From the NCBI GenBank assembly GCA_047602425.1, contig JASGHG010000001.1:1728001-1792000 (forward strand): a stretch of DNA of 64,000 nt, in the 5' to 3' direction. The stretch comes from Nibricoccus sp. (GTDB taxonomy: Bacteria > Verrucomicrobiota > Verrucomicrobiia > Opitutales > Opitutaceae). The position numbers and the translations under genes were made by a program. Below, piece after piece: positions 47,640-58,742 of the stretch. The notes under the pieces were generated by a model, which saw only the letters and a program-made list of their open reading frames with translations, searched no databases and was not told where the DNA came from. The stretch's first letter is position 1; each line of letters opens with the position of its first letter.

Positions 47640-48941
47640 GTGCCCGTCACCGAATCGGCCCTCAGCCAATACCTCAGCATTTTCAAGCGCTCCACTCGCG
47701 GACGCTTGGATTGGGTGACGCCGCTTGCCATTTTGGGGCTCTGCATCATCGGCGTCTGCTTCATCTTCAGCGCCTCCTACGCGCCTCTGCCCACGATTGC
47801 GTCCCAAGGCAGCATCGTGCGTTGGGTCATAGCCTTGATGAAGACCTTTTGGTTCAAGCAACTCATTTATCTATCGATGGGCGCGGTACTTTACGTCGCT
47901 GTTTCGCTTATCGATTACCGGCTGTGGTTGAGCATCGCGCATTGGTTTTATCTCGGTTGCGTGGCGACACTCATTGTTGTGCTGATCCCGGGCGTCGGCG
48001 GCTCGGCGGCGGAAAAATGGGGAGCGCAGCGCTGGATCGATCTCGGCTTTTTCGCCTACCAGCCTTCCGAAACGGCCAAGGTCGCCGTCCTCCTCATCGT
48101 CGCCAGCCTGTTGACGCGCTCGCAAGTGGGCACGATTGCGCAATCGCTCGGCGTACTTGGGAAATTGGCTCTTGCGGTGGGGATTCCCTTGTTCTTGATC
48201 TTCCTGCAACCCGACCTCAAATCGGCCATCGTGCTTCCCCCTTTGGTGTTCTCCATGCTTTACGTCTCCCGGCTTTCGACGCGTTTCTTCGCGGCGGCGC
48301 TCGGCGCGTTCATCATTCTGGTGGGCATCGTGGCTTGGGATTCCGTTGGCTACGTAAAATACATGCAGGCCAACGGGTATGAATTTCAACGCGACAAGGG
48401 CAAATACGAGCCCCACACGATCATTCCTTTGCGCGATTATCAGCGGAATCGCATCCTGACTTTCGCCAATCCCGAGATCATCGACCCCTCCCGCACCAAG
48501 GATGCGTGGAATCTCACGCAGTCGCAGATCTCGGTTGGTTCGGGCGGCCTGACCGGCAAAGGCTGGACAAAGGGCACTCAAGCCCAGCTCGGCTACCTGC
48601 CTGCGTCGATTGCGCACAACGATTTTATCTTCTCGGTCATCGCCGAGGAGAAAGGTTTTTTGGGAAGCCTCACGGTTCTCAGCCTGTTTGGAGTAGTGAT
48701 GTTTAACGGCGTTCGCATCGCCGGACTCGCCAGAGACCGCTTCGGCAAACTGCTCGCCATCGGCGTGACAGTGCTGTTTGCGGTGCACGTATTCGTTAAC
48801 ATCGCGATGACATTCGGGATGGTGCCCATCACGGGCATACCGCTTCCCTTCATCAGCTACGGTGGCTCCTTTGTGCTTAGTTGTTGCCTGCTGCAAGGAC
48901 TGGTCCAGAGCGTCTATCGCTTCAGGAAGGATCACACATGA
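47640..48941 (+). CDS. rodA: Rod shape-determining protein RodA (SEDS)
   Basis: [53 protein letters not shown]; start uncertain. Confidence 0.92.
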   Translation: MPVTESALSQYLSIFKRSTRGRLDWVTPLAILGLCIIGVCFIFSASYAPLPTIASQGSIVRWVIALMKTFWFKQLIYLSMGAVLYVAVSLIDYRLWLSIAHWFYLGCVATLIVVLIPGVGGSAAEKWGAQRWIDLGFFAYQPSETAKVAVLLIVASLLTRSQVGTIAQSLGVLGKLALAVGIPLFLIFLQPDLKSAIVLPPLVFSMLYVSRLSTRFFAAALGAFIILVGIVAWDSVGYVKYMQANGYEFQRDKGKYEPHTIIPLRDYQRNRILTFANPEIIDPSRTKDAWNLTQSQISVGSGGLTGKGWTKGTQAQLGYLPASIAHNDFIFSVIAEEKGFLGSLTVLSLFGVVMFNGVRIAGLARDRFGKLLAIGVTVLFAVHVFVNIAMTFGMVPITGIPLPFISYGGSFVLSCCLLQGLVQSVYRFRKDHT

Positions 48942-49040
48942 GATCTCTTCTTCGCGCTATCGACCGCTCTGCCGGAATCTCCTGCGCCACAACCCAAGCG
49001 CCGGGGCCAACCGTCGTAACAACCCACGACAACCCGCCAC

Positions 49041-50801
49041 ATGAGCGACACAACCCGACCCACCCCCAATACGAACGACGTCCCTCCCCAGGACGCCGCC
49101 CACCAATATGACGAGGAGCTCGTTAATCCTCCGCCCCAAACCGTCGCTGAGCCCATCAGCCCTGCCGAACTAAAAGCCGGCGCCAAAGAACGGGCCCAGC
49201 AACGCCCCCTGCTCCAGAAGATCCTGTCGATGTTCCAGAAGGAAAAAACTTCCTTCCGCGAACTCATCATAAACTCCGAACCGCTCGAAAAACGCGTCGC
49301 CCTCCTCGTCGACGGCACGCTTGAGAAGTTCGAGATCGAACGCGAGTCCGACAACCGCATGGTCGGCGGCATCTACAAAGGCCGCATCAAAAACCTCGAT
49401 CCAGGCCTAAAAGCCGCCTTCGTCGACATCGGCTACAGCAAAAACGCCTTCCTGCACTACTGGGACATGCTCCCCGCCGCCGCCGACTCGTCCGTCGAAG
49501 TCGTCCGCGTCAACAAGCGCAAGGACGCCCCGATCCGCACCAGCGAGCCCACCGTCAAGGACATCCCCGGCCTGTATCCACCCGGCACCGACATCGTCAT
49601 CCAGGTGACGAAAGGTCCGATCGGCACCAAGGGCCCGCGCACCACGACGAACCTTGCGCTACCGGGACGTTACCTCGTGCTCATGCCCTTCTCCGACCAA
49701 TGTGGCATCTCGCGCAAAATCGAGGACCACAAGGAGCGCCAACGCCTCAAACAGATGATCAACGAGCTCACCATTCCGGAAGGCATGGGCGTGATCGTTC
49801 GCACCGCTGGCGAGGGAAAGAAAACCCGTTATTTCGTTCGCGACCTTCACCTGTTGCTCAAGACCTGGGCCGGCATTCAGGAAAAAATGCAGTCCGAAAA
49901 AGCCCCGGCCTGCCTCTATCAGGAACCCGACCTCGTCGAACGCACCGTGCGCGATTTCCTCACCGAGGAAGTTGACCGTGTGCTCATCGACAACGCCGAG
50001 GACCACAGCCGCACGCAAAAACTCGTCGCACAAATCTCCAAACGCTCCGCCTCCAAGATCGCCCTCTACAAGGACAACATTCCGATCTTCGAACGCTTCA
50101 ACATCGAGCGCCAGATCGAGCAAACCTTCCAACGCAAAGTCCCGCTTCCGTCCGGCGGCGAAATCATCATCGACGAAACCGAGGCCCTCATCGCCGTCGA
50201 CGTCAACACCGGCTCCCATAAGAACCGCGGCGGCGACGAAAAGAACACCATCTACGCGGTGAACCTAGAAGCCGCCGTCGAAATCGCCCGCCAGATCCGC
50301 CTCCGCAATCTCGGTGGTCTGATCATCATGGACTTCATCGACATGAAGGAACGGCGCCACCGCAACGCCGTTTACGAGAAAATGGTTCAGGCCATGTCGG
50401 AAGACAAAGCCAAGAACCACATCCTCCCCATCTCGCAGCTCGGCATCATGCAAATGACCCGCCAACGCCAGCAGGAATCGCTCTCGAGCAACTTGTACAC
50501 CGACTGCCCCTACTGCCGCGGCCGCGGCATCGTGAAGTCGGCGACAACGATGTCAGTCGAATTGCAGCGCAAGTTGTCCTCCGTCGTCCGCCGCCTCCAA
50601 ATGCGCAACGACGGCAAGGAATATTCCCTCCGTGTATTGGTTCACCCCAGCATCCTCGAACGCCTCCGCAGCGAAGATGCCGAACTACTCGTACGTATGG
50701 AAAAGCTGTTCGGCGTGAAGCTCGCCTTCCGCGCCGACCTCAATTACCACGTCGAGAATTTCAAAATCATCAACGCGATCACAAACGAGGAGTACCGGTG
50801 A
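49041..50801 (+). CDS. rng: Rne/Rng family ribonuclease
   Basis: S1 domain [52 protein letters not shown] Zn-link; no long RNase E scaffold. Confidence 0.92.
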   Translation: MSDTTRPTPNTNDVPPQDAAHQYDEELVNPPPQTVAEPISPAELKAGAKERAQQRPLLQKILSMFQKEKTSFRELIINSEPLEKRVALLVDGTLEKFEIERESDNRMVGGIYKGRIKNLDPGLKAAFVDIGYSKNAFLHYWDMLPAAADSSVEVVRVNKRKDAPIRTSEPTVKDIPGLYPPGTDIVIQVTKGPIGTKGPRTTTNLALPGRYLVLMPFSDQCGISRKIEDHKERQRLKQMINELTIPEGMGVIVRTAGEGKKTRYFVRDLHLLLKTWAGIQEKMQSEKAPACLYQEPDLVERTVRDFLTEEVDRVLIDNAEDHSRTQKLVAQISKRSASKIALYKDNIPIFERFNIERQIEQTFQRKVPLPSGGEIIIDETEALIAVDVNTGSHKNRGGDEKNTIYAVNLEAAVEIARQIRLRNLGGLIIMDFIDMKERRHRNAVYEKMVQAMSEDKAKNHILPISQLGIMQMTRQRQQESLSSNLYTDCPYCRGRGIVKSATTMSVELQRKLSSVVRRLQMRNDGKEYSLRVLVHPSILERLRSEDAELLVRMEKLFGVKLAFRADLNYHVENFKIINAITNEEYR

Positions 50802-50810
50802 AGCGTGTGA

Positions 50811-50892
50811 GGTGACATTAATTCCGTGTTGGTGACACGAATTCCGTGACGCTTACATGAATTCAATGCAGAGCTGACACAAACTCCGTCCT
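50811..50892 (+). repeat. Four degenerate 20-nt direct repeats
   Basis: GGTGACATTAATTCCGTGTT, GGTGACACGAATTCCGTGAC, GCTTACATGAATTCAATGCA, GCTGACACAAACTCCGTCCT. Confidence 0.65.
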
Positions 50893-50900
50893 GCCTTTCA

Positions 50901-50938
50901 GCCCGCCGCGCGCCACTTGGCGCGGCGGGTTTTTCTTT
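50901..50938 (+). terminator. Intrinsic terminator after rng
   Basis: cccgccgcg...cgcggcggg stem plus tttttcttt. Confidence 0.75.
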
Positions 50939-51094
50939 GGCCAAATAGACGCTTACCTGGTCTGCAAAAATGAGGAAAGCCTTCGGCCAGCGGGTTTCGA
51001 TACCGTGTGGTCAGACCAACGCTGATCGGATATCCCGATACAGTGGAGGCAAGGGCAGCCAGATTGGTATCCCGCCAATTCAGGAATTTTGATC

Positions 51095-53036
51095 TCACTC
51101 CTTGGTTTCATCCAATTCTAGGCGCAGGCAGTCATACATGACATTGATCTGCGCGCTGCCGCCGGACCTGCTGGGTGAGCGTGAGCTGATTTTGTCCCTT
51201 CTTAAGCAATTTGGCATCAAATGAAAAATTTCGGAGCAGGTATTGACCATGGATCCCCGCTCGAATCATCGCACTGTCCTTCTCGGTTAGGATCCGGCCA
51301 ATCGTCTCGCCGTTGATAGCCACCGCCAAGTCCGCCTTGGTCGCGCCGGCCAAGGCGACCCGAAGTGTAGCGCGGCCCTTTTTCGGCCGGGCTTCAAGGT
51401 TGAAGAGGACGCGCCAAGCAGTGCCTTCCGGTTTGCGGCCCGTAAGCACGGTCGGTTGCGCGTAGTTCCAGTCGGTGCGCTCCTGACTCCGGCCGATGAC
51501 GAAGTTGACGCCCCGAGGGAATTCCTCCGGATATTTCCGCCATAGCCCCCATTGTCGGTAGTCGTCGCCGTGGCGAAACTCCTTCGCGGTGCGATCGGGA
51601 GTGCCGATCTGCCAAAGCTGCCTCCCGTAGCGGACTGGCGCAATTTTCAAGGTGCCGGTGTCCACGGTCCGGCCTTTCTCCACCATGAGGTTGGCGGTCC
51701 GGAATTCACCCATCACCCCGTCGGCAAAAACATAGAGCGCGTAGGAACCGGGGCGGACGTGCGGGATCGTAAAACGGCCCTGAGGATCGGCGCGCACCCA
51801 AAATTGATAGCCATTGCTTTGCTGCTGCCAGTCCGACGTGGGTGCGGCCAAACCAACCCATGCGTTCGCCGCCGACGCGGCAGGATCCTGCGGATCTTGT
51901 ATTGCAATCCGTCCGGTCACTGCGCCCCGCTCCGCGGCGAGCGGATAAAGCGGATGGTCCATCCAGGCATGCGGCCAAGCCTGCCGTTCCGCCTCCGCCT
52001 TCTTTTTTGCGTCGGCCCAAAGCTCTTCGGCATTGCCGCCGGAATTGAGGTAAATCATGCATGGGCCGTATATCTTCCGCCAGGATTCCGCCCCGATTTC
52101 CACCGGCGCGGCGCCATAGTGGGTGCAGCTGAAAATCTTCATGAGGATCCGGCCGAAATGGGCCGTGTTGATTTGTTTGGTCGGGCCCCCGTTCTGGTCC
52201 TCCGTAGTTCCCGCCACCACCCAGCAGCCGATTTTCTTGTTCTGACCGATCCAGCCATGCACGAAATGTTCTCCCGCGTCCGCGAAATTGTGATACTTGT
52301 CAAATATCTGGCCTTTGAAAGGGCCGGCCGTGACTAGGAGGGACTCCTTCGGTTCCAGCGGTTTCACGGGCGTATCCGAGGGCGGCATGACCCGTTGCCG
52401 TTGATCGTCGATGGCGATGAAGTCGAAAACCTCGTCCTTCAGCCGGAACAGAAGGCGGATCTGTGTGAGTTTGGCCGGAGGATAGTCCGGTTCATGGGCG
52501 AACACGACGAACGCATAAAACCCGCTGTCGCCACGGCGGAGCACATAATGCAGCTCCAGGTCGAAAGGTAGATTTTCACCCTGTTGGCGGGCGGTTATGC
52601 ACACCTCGGCAAGAGCTCCGTCATTTGACGCCGGATCAACCTTCAACTGGAACTCGCCCGCGGCGATGCGCCCGTAGGTGCTGTGGTGGTCCTTAAAGTC
52701 CGCGTCCTCATCGCCGGCGTGCCAGTTGAGGTAGCCTGGGCTTTCCAGCAGGGAGATGCCGCGATACTCCAGCGTCAGGATGTTCCCGCTACGCTTGGCG
52801 ATCGCCACCGTGACGATTCCATTGTCCAGGACGACGCTGGTCGCCGAGTCGGTCACGGTGACGGCACCTCCCGGGGGTGCGATGTCGGTCGCCCGCGCCG
52901 CGCAGAGGAGCCAGCCGCTCAGGCCGAGCATTACCAGCATCCAGACTCGGGAGAACCTCACAGGAATCGAATCAATCTTTTCGGTCGAATGAGTCTCGAA
53001 GCCGATCAAGAGAGAATCTTTAGTCGTCTTCATCAT
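51095..53036 (-). pseudogene. Polysaccharide lyase family 4 (rhamnogalacturonan endolyase) with frameshift near 51167
   Basis: VLDNGIV, DKY, GGPTKQ, HYG, YQFW, VRPGSY, LWQIGTPDR..EF, DWNYAQ; the conserved-looking end VMYDCLRLE lies in the shifted frame ending TGA at 51095. Confidence 0.8.
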
Positions 53037-53197
53037 ACTTTGCCAACGATCAACGGTCAGCCACGCCGAGTTGGCGACTCCAAACGCGAAACAGACCCAG
53101 TCGAGGCGTTGCGCTGTAGTAGCGTCGAAGGCCCGCCCGCACCGGTGGCCAATTCAGCCGCTGCTTCTCCGTTCGTTGCCGGTAGCACTCACGCCAA

Positions 53198-53426
53198 TTA
53201 CATCGTATACTTCGGCTTCTTATACAGCTTCTTCCCTGTTTTCACGATCTCGGCACGATAGATTTTTCCCGCCCAGTCACTGGAAGCGATTTCATCGATG
53301 GCAACTAATATAGATTCATCGCCGAAACGGAAGGACCTCTATCACGTCGCGCGTAATTCGTTCCGCGAGTTCTTGTTTCTGTTGCTCGGTTTTGCCCGGT
53401 CAAAGTTTGACAATGATCTGTGGCAT
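53198..53426 (-). pseudogene. 4-oxalocrotonate tautomerase family pseudogene (not in ORF track)
   Basis: MPQIIVKL*PGKTEQQKQELAERITRDVIEVL then +1 shift RFGDESILVAIDEIASSDWAGKIY...LYKKPKYTM; Pro-2 retained. Confidence 0.8.
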
Positions 53427-53437
53427 ATGGCGCGTAG

Positions 53438-53962
53438 TTAGCGTTGGTATTGCGCATCACTCACCTTCTCCAACCAGTCAACGACTTTGCCGTTGAGATT
53501 TTCTTGAACCGCGATGTGCGACATCGCATTGGTCGGCGTCGCGCCGTGCCAATGCTTGAGGCCTGGTGGAAACCAGACGACATCGCCAGGACGGATCTCC
53601 TGCACCGGTCCGCCTTCGCGTTGCACCCAACCGAGACCCGAAGTAACGATCAGCGTCTGTCCGAGCGGGTGCGTGTGCCAGGCCGTGCGTGCGCCAGGTT
53701 CAAATGTGACGAGCGCCGCCGCCGCGCGGGCCGATTCTTTGGCCGCGAAGAGCGGATCAATGCGAGTCGTGCCAGTAAACCAATCCGCCGGGCCTTTGCT
53801 GGAAGGTTGCGATCCGTTGCGTGTAATTTCGATGTCCATATCTGTTTCTTCTTTTGTGGTTATGCTTTCGACAGCCATTCCGCGCATGCTCAACGCAAGT
53901 GCAGCAACGACAGCCGTCGTTTTGATAAATTCACGACGACCAATATCCGCGTTTGCGTGCAC
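53438..53962 (-). CDS. Cupin domain protein, possible Tat leader
   Basis: [42 protein letters not shown] leader if GTG 53962 is used, alternative ATG 53839. Confidence 0.88.
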   Translation of the reverse strand: MHANADIGRREFIKTTAVVAALALSMRGMAVESITTKEETDMDIEITRNGSQPSSKGPADWFTGTTRIDPLFAAKESARAAAALVTFEPGARTAWHTHPLGQTLIVTSGLGWVQREGGPVQEIRPGDVVWFPPGLKHWHGATPTNAMSHIAVQENLNGKVVDWLEKVSDAQYQR

Positions 53963-54012
53963 GATGCCATCTCCGCTCTCAGAATTTTCCCAACAAACGC
54001 CGTTTGCCCTTG

Positions 54013-54756
54013 TTACCAGGGTTGATTGGCGGGGCCGACGGTGAATTCGTTGATCGTGGTGTCCTCTGGCTGATCGAGCGCGAACGCGACGACGCTCGCG
54101 ATACGATCCGGCGAGATGCCGTAGCGCTTATACAGGTTCGTCATGGCCTCGGCGCTTTCCTTGTGGCTGATCGCGTGAAGGAGTTCGGTATTGATCGCCG
54201 CAGGATAAATCGTCGCCGTGCGAATATTCGTGCCCTCCATGGCGGATTCCATGCGAAGCACCTCCATGAAGTCTTTAACAAACCATTTCGTCCCCCCATA
54301 AACGGCCGCACCCAAATACGCCTTGAGGCCCGCCACCGACGACGTGGCGATCACATGCCCGGATTTCTGCTCGATGAAGGTCGGCAACACCGCCGCCACA
54401 CCATTGAGCACGCCCTTGATGTTGATATCAACCGTCTCGTGCCAATCGTCGACTTTCATGGCCGATAGCGGCGCGGTCGGCATGATGCCAGCGTTGAGGA
54501 AAATGGCGTCGACGCGGCCAAAGGTCTTTTTGGCGAGCTTAACGATCTCCTCGTTGTCTGAGCGTTTCGTGACATCGAGTTCGCGGAAGACTGCCTGACC
54601 GCCCGCCTCCTCAATTTCGCTGACAATTTGTTTTAACTTAGCTTCGCGCCGCGCGCCGAGCACGACTTTGGCACCTTTGCTCGCGAGCAGCTTCGCAGTG
54701 GCTTCGCCGATACCCGACGACGCGCCAGTAATAATGATGACTTTGTTTTGAATCAT
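54013..54756 (-). CDS. SDR family oxidoreductase
   Basis: [22 protein letters not shown]. Confidence 0.93.
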   Translation of the reverse strand: MIQNKVIIITGASSGIGEATAKLLASKGAKVVLGARREAKLKQIVSEIEEAGGQAVFRELDVTKRSDNEEIVKLAKKTFGRVDAIFLNAGIMPTAPLSAMKVDDWHETVDINIKGVLNGVAAVLPTFIEQKSGHVIATSSVAGLKAYLGAAVYGGTKWFVKDFMEVLRMESAMEGTNIRTATIYPAAINTELLHAISHKESAEAMTNLYKRYGISPDRIASVVAFALDQPEDTTINEFTVGPANQPW

Positions 54757-54837
54757 AAAAAGCAGTCTTTGTTTATATGTTGATGAAACGGTTTAGCACT
54801 GTGCCATAGTTCGTCCGCATGTTGCGCCGCCTCGCCC

Positions 54838-55848
54838 TCACTTCAGATTCTTCGTGAAGAACTCGGTGAGCTTGTCGAAGGGAATTACGTCCACGCGGTC
54901 GTAAAGATCGACGTGGTTGGCGCCTTTGATGATCAATAGCTCTTTGGGTTCCGCTGCCGCAGCGTACGCAGTTTCGCTGAAATAGCGTGAGTGCGCCTTT
55001 TCACCGTGAATGAAGAGAATCGGCCGCGGTGAAATCTCCGCGATGTAGGTTAGGATCGGCATGTTCATCAGTGACATCATGCTCGTTGCCGACCACGACC
55101 CATTTGAGTTGATCGATCTCGGATGAAAGCCGCGTGGTGTCCGGTAATAGTCGTGATAATCCACCATGAACTGTGGCTCGCCACCTTTCAGTTCGTTCAT
55201 ACGCGGGCCGTAGCCGGGTGTTTCTTGTTCCGCGTCTTTCCAGCGTTGCTCACTGATCTGTTCGAGCATCCGCGCGCGCTGCTCGCCGGTCATGCTGTCG
55301 TTGTAGCCTTTGGAAGCGACACGTGAGATATCATACATGGTGCTGGTCGCGACGGCCTTGATGCGCTTGTCCACAGCGGCGGCGTTGAGCGCAAAGCCCC
55401 CAAAGCCACAAATGCCAATAACGCCCACTCGGTTTCGGTCTACGTTCGCATTCAACCCCAGGAAATCCACCGCCGCGCTGAAATCTTCGGTGTTGATATC
55501 GGACGAGGCGATGTTGCGTGGTTCGCCACCGCTCTCACCCGTGTAGGACGGATCGAAGGCCAGCGTAACGAATCCGCGTTCCGCCATCGTTTGTGCATAC
55601 AAACCCGAAGACTGTTCCTTTACGGCACCGAAAGGTCCGCTGACTGCAATGGCCGCGAGTTTGCCCGTGCGATTCTTCGGCAGATACAAATCCGCCGACA
55701 GCGTGATGCCGTAGCGATTTTTGAACGTCACTTTCTGATGCTCGACCTTGTCGCTCTTCGGAAAAATCTTGTCCCAAACTTCAGCGGGTTGCGCGAAAGC
55801 GGAAACGGTGGCAGCCGTCAAGGTGAGTGCGGAGATGAAATGTTTCAT
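54838..55848 (-). CDS. Secreted alpha/beta hydrolase (YcjY-like)
   Basis: GPFGAVKEQ, FDPSYTGESGG, GICGFGG (Cys nucleophile), ANHVDLYD. Confidence 0.85.
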   Translation of the reverse strand: MKHFISALTLTAATVSAFAQPAEVWDKIFPKSDKVEHQKVTFKNRYGITLSADLYLPKNRTGKLAAIAVSGPFGAVKEQSSGLYAQTMAERGFVTLAFDPSYTGESGGEPRNIASSDINTEDFSAAVDFLGLNANVDRNRVGVIGICGFGGFALNAAAVDKRIKAVATSTMYDISRVASKGYNDSMTGEQRARMLEQISEQRWKDAEQETPGYGPRMNELKGGEPQFMVDYHDYYRTPRGFHPRSINSNGSWSATSMMSLMNMPILTYIAEISPRPILFIHGEKAHSRYFSETAYAAAAEPKELLIIKGANHVDLYDRVDVIPFDKLTEFFTKNLK

Positions 55849-55936
55849 GACAATGGGTTGGTTTTGTCGGCGTGATTACACGCTCAACGGCCACCACTCT
55901 AGCCGCTCCGCCGCCACCCTGCTCTCGCGATTCCGC

Positions 55937-56899
55937 TCAGCCTATCGCGATTCTGCTAAAATGTTCGGTCGGCACCTTGCCGTGCGTTCTCTCACGGTAC
56001 TCATGAGGCGTGAGTCCCGTTTCACGGCGAAACACGTGGGCGAAATGACTCGGACTCGTGTAGCCCACGTCCATTCCGATTTCGATCATCGGCTTCATCG
56101 TCTCGCGCAAGAGCTCCTGCGCTTTCGCCAGGCGCAGGCGAATCAAATACTGCGACGGCGAAAAGCCCGTGTTGCCTTTAAACAGCCGGGAAAAGTGCGA
56201 CTCGCTCATCTTCACCGCCGCGGCCAGTTCTCCGATGTTGATGGTCTCAGCCAACGAGTCCTCCATCAGCTTCAAGACGCGGTGCAATTGAAAAGCCGGC
56301 AGCGCCGTGGCGCGATGAGGGCGCCGCGTTTCCTTGTCGCGATAGGTTCGGACCAGATGAGTCGCCAGACTTTGGGCAATGCCTTGCACGAACGAAGCGC
56401 TCGGCGCTGGCTGTTCCGTCAGCTCTTTCCGCAACATTTCCAAGAAGGAAAGAATCGTCGTATCGCGAATCGCGTCGAATTCCTGCAAGCGCGGGATTTT
56501 CGCATTCGGCCCAAAAAGCTCCTTTGCCGCTCGCGCGAACAGCGGTAGACTGATCGCCACGTGCATGACGATGATCGGCTCCGCGTTCGTAGCCTTCCAA
56601 CGCAATTCGTAAGGCTCGGCCGACGTCGTTAAGAACAGAACTCCGGGCTCGACGTGATGCTTCACCCACTCTCCGCCCAAGTCCCTGTATTCGCAGAAGA
56701 CGTGCCCGGAAATTTGCCAGAGCAGCTGCGGCTCCGCGACGGCAGGAATCAACATCGTTTCACCAACGGCCGGCCGCCGATGAATTTCCACGAGGATATT
56801 TTCCCACGCCGCGCCCTCGCCGAGGTGAATCATTTTCCCCGGGAAATATTTCCGTTGGTCTTCAGCCGAGGTGTGAACAGGGACATCCATCGCTTTCAA
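55937..56899 (-). CDS. AraC family transcriptional regulator
   Basis: LAAAVKMSESHFSRLFK...SPSQY and VGYTSPSHFAHVFRRETGLTP double HTH. Confidence 0.92.
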   Translation of the reverse strand: MKAMDVPVHTSAEDQRKYFPGKMIHLGEGAAWENILVEIHRRPAVGETMLIPAVAEPQLLWQISGHVFCEYRDLGGEWVKHHVEPGVLFLTTSAEPYELRWKATNAEPIIVMHVAISLPLFARAAKELFGPNAKIPRLQEFDAIRDTTILSFLEMLRKELTEQPAPSASFVQGIAQSLATHLVRTYRDKETRRPHRATALPAFQLHRVLKLMEDSLAETINIGELAAAVKMSESHFSRLFKGNTGFSPSQYLIRLRLAKAQELLRETMKPMIEIGMDVGYTSPSHFAHVFRRETGLTPHEYRERTHGKVPTEHFSRIAIG

Positions 56900-57017
56900 A
56901 ATAAGCGAAGCACGTAGCCGCTGCCAGCAAATCGCGCCTAGTTTTCGTGAGGCCGCTGAGCATCCGCGCTGGTCGCGCCATCCCGCAAATTTGAGTTGAT
57001 ACTTCTTTTTTGGAAGT

Positions 57018-57044
57018 GGTCACAAAACGACCGCCTATTTCGTC
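57018..57044 (+). promoter_or_regulatory. ECF41-type promoter
   Basis: GGTCACA-N16-CGTC versus known ECF41 consensus TGTCACA-N16-CGTC, 12 nt upstream of the CMD start. Confidence 0.75.
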
Positions 57045-57056
57045 CGAGAGTATGCT

Positions 57057-57533
57057 ATGACAACTATATCTCTCGAAAAACCCAAAGCCCAACCACGTCT
57101 CAACTATGCGCAGGTCGCCCCAGCAACTTTACAGGGAATGCTGGCGCTTTCGGATGTTGTGAAAAAAAGTGGATTGGAAGAGTCACTCCTCCATCTGGTG
57201 GACATCCGGGTCTCTCAAATCAATGGCTGCGCGTTCTGCCTCGATATGCATATCCGCGAGGCAAAAGCGGTCGGAGAAGCGGATGATCGCATCAATCTGA
57301 TTTCCGCCTGGCGCGAAGTCGATCTCTACACCGACCGCGAGCGCGTGGCCCTGCAATGGGCGGAGTCGTTAACGCGGCTCGCGGACGGACATGTAAGCGA
57401 CGACGACTTTGCCGCAGTGCGCGAGGAGTTCACGGAAGCGGAACTCGCAAATCTCTCGCTCGCGATTGTCGCGATCAACGGTTGGAACCGTCTCAATGTC
57501 GGCTTCAAGGTTCCGCCCGGCTTCGGCGACTAA
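57057..57533 (+). CDS. Carboxymuconolactone decarboxylase / AhpD-like protein
   Basis: RVSQINGCAFCLDMH; AWRE; INGWNRL. Confidence 0.92.
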   Translation: MTTISLEKPKAQPRLNYAQVAPATLQGMLALSDVVKKSGLEESLLHLVDIRVSQINGCAFCLDMHIREAKAVGEADDRINLISAWREVDLYTDRERVALQWAESLTRLADGHVSDDDFAAVREEFTEAELANLSLAIVAINGWNRLNVGFKVPPGFGD

Positions 57534-57699
57534 CATGGTGCCGGACTTTCAAACACGGTTGCTATCTCCGAGGTGGTTCGGCATCTTCCACGGATGAGCT
57601 CCACCTCGGAAGGAACGGGCCGCTATTCCTTCTATCAGCCCTTTTATCCGCTAACATCGCATCGTTCGCTTCAAGATTACTATTGGTTATCTCTTTGCC

Positions 57700-58620
57700 A
57701 TGACCGCTGACGTCTACACCCAAAACCGCGCGCTGCTTTTCGGCATCGCGTATCGCATGCTCGGGAGCGTGGCGGAAGCGGAGGACCTCGTGCAAGAGAC
57801 GTTTGTACGATGGCAGGGGCAGGACGCGTCGACGATTGCCGCACCAAAAGCCTGGCTCATCACAACCCTCACGCGGCTGGCGATCGATCAGTTGCGCTCG
57901 GCAAGGAATCGACGCGAGGAATACGTCGGGGTGTGGCTGCCCGAACCATTGATAGATACAAAAGCACCGGCACCCGATGAGGTGGCCGCACTTGGGGATT
58001 CGCTGGGCATGGCGTTTCTCTTCATGCTGGAAACGCTCGGCCCCGTCGAACGCGCCGTATTTTTGCTCCGTGAAGCGTTCGACTATGACTACGCGGAAAT
58101 CGCGGCGATCGTCGGCAAGTCCGAGGCGGCCTGCCGGAAGATGTTGAGTCGCGCTAAAAATCACTTTGCCCAGAACGAACCGATAAAAATGACGCCATCG
58201 CCGAAAGCGGAGCAGATCGTGCAACGCTTCACGAGTGCCTGCGCGACGGGCGATGTGAGCGAATTACTCGCGGTGCTCACCGACGACGCCGTGCTCTATA
58301 CCGACGGCGGCGGTCGAGTGCGGTCGGTGCTCCGGCCGATTCACAGTGCGGATCACATCAGCCGATTCTTCGTGGCCATTCACCGGCGGTTCCCGAGCAA
58401 TACGCCGGTGGTCCTCACTCGCGTGAATGGCGAAATCGGCACCGTGAAGCGTCGCGCTGATGGGCATTTATCCGTAAGCGCATTTGCGTTTGCCGGCGAT
58501 CGGATCCGAGCAATCTACACCGTGACCAACCCGGAGAAATTACGCCATACCTTGCAGCGATCGAATGCTGCGATCGAGCGAGCGCGGCAATCGAGTGGCG
58601 TCGGCGTGCGTTTGGAGTGA
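57700..58620 (+). CDS. sigJ: ECF41 (SigJ-like) sigma factor with SnoaL-like C-terminus
   Basis: AYRMLGS..EAED.VQ, YVGVWLPEP, DGGGR, NPEKL motifs. Confidence 0.92.
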   Translation: MTADVYTQNRALLFGIAYRMLGSVAEAEDLVQETFVRWQGQDASTIAAPKAWLITTLTRLAIDQLRSARNRREEYVGVWLPEPLIDTKAPAPDEVAALGDSLGMAFLFMLETLGPVERAVFLLREAFDYDYAEIAAIVGKSEAACRKMLSRAKNHFAQNEPIKMTPSPKAEQIVQRFTSACATGDVSELLAVLTDDAVLYTDGGGRVRSVLRPIHSADHISRFFVAIHRRFPSNTPVVLTRVNGEIGTVKRRADGHLSVSAFAFAGDRIRAIYTVTNPEKLRHTLQRSNAAIERARQSSGVGVRLE

Positions 58621-58742
58621 CCGAGTCTCGGAATAAGATCAGATCCGCCGCGGATCTTTCCTCTTTATCTTTCTCGTTCTCTTTCTCCACTTCAGCGCAG
58701 GGCTTAAAAGCCTGGCGCTTTTTTGGCCGCAGGCACTGCCCT

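Noticed and set aside
50898..51098. 66-aa ORF coupled to the repaired PL4 stop
   Set aside because: No recognisable motif and it runs into the rng terminator; at most a gene remnant.
42788..53402. Alternative genetic code explaining the in-frame TAG and TGA
   Set aside because: TAG and TGA end intact genes normally here (e.g. 15313, 2808), and the TGA gene also has a frameshift.
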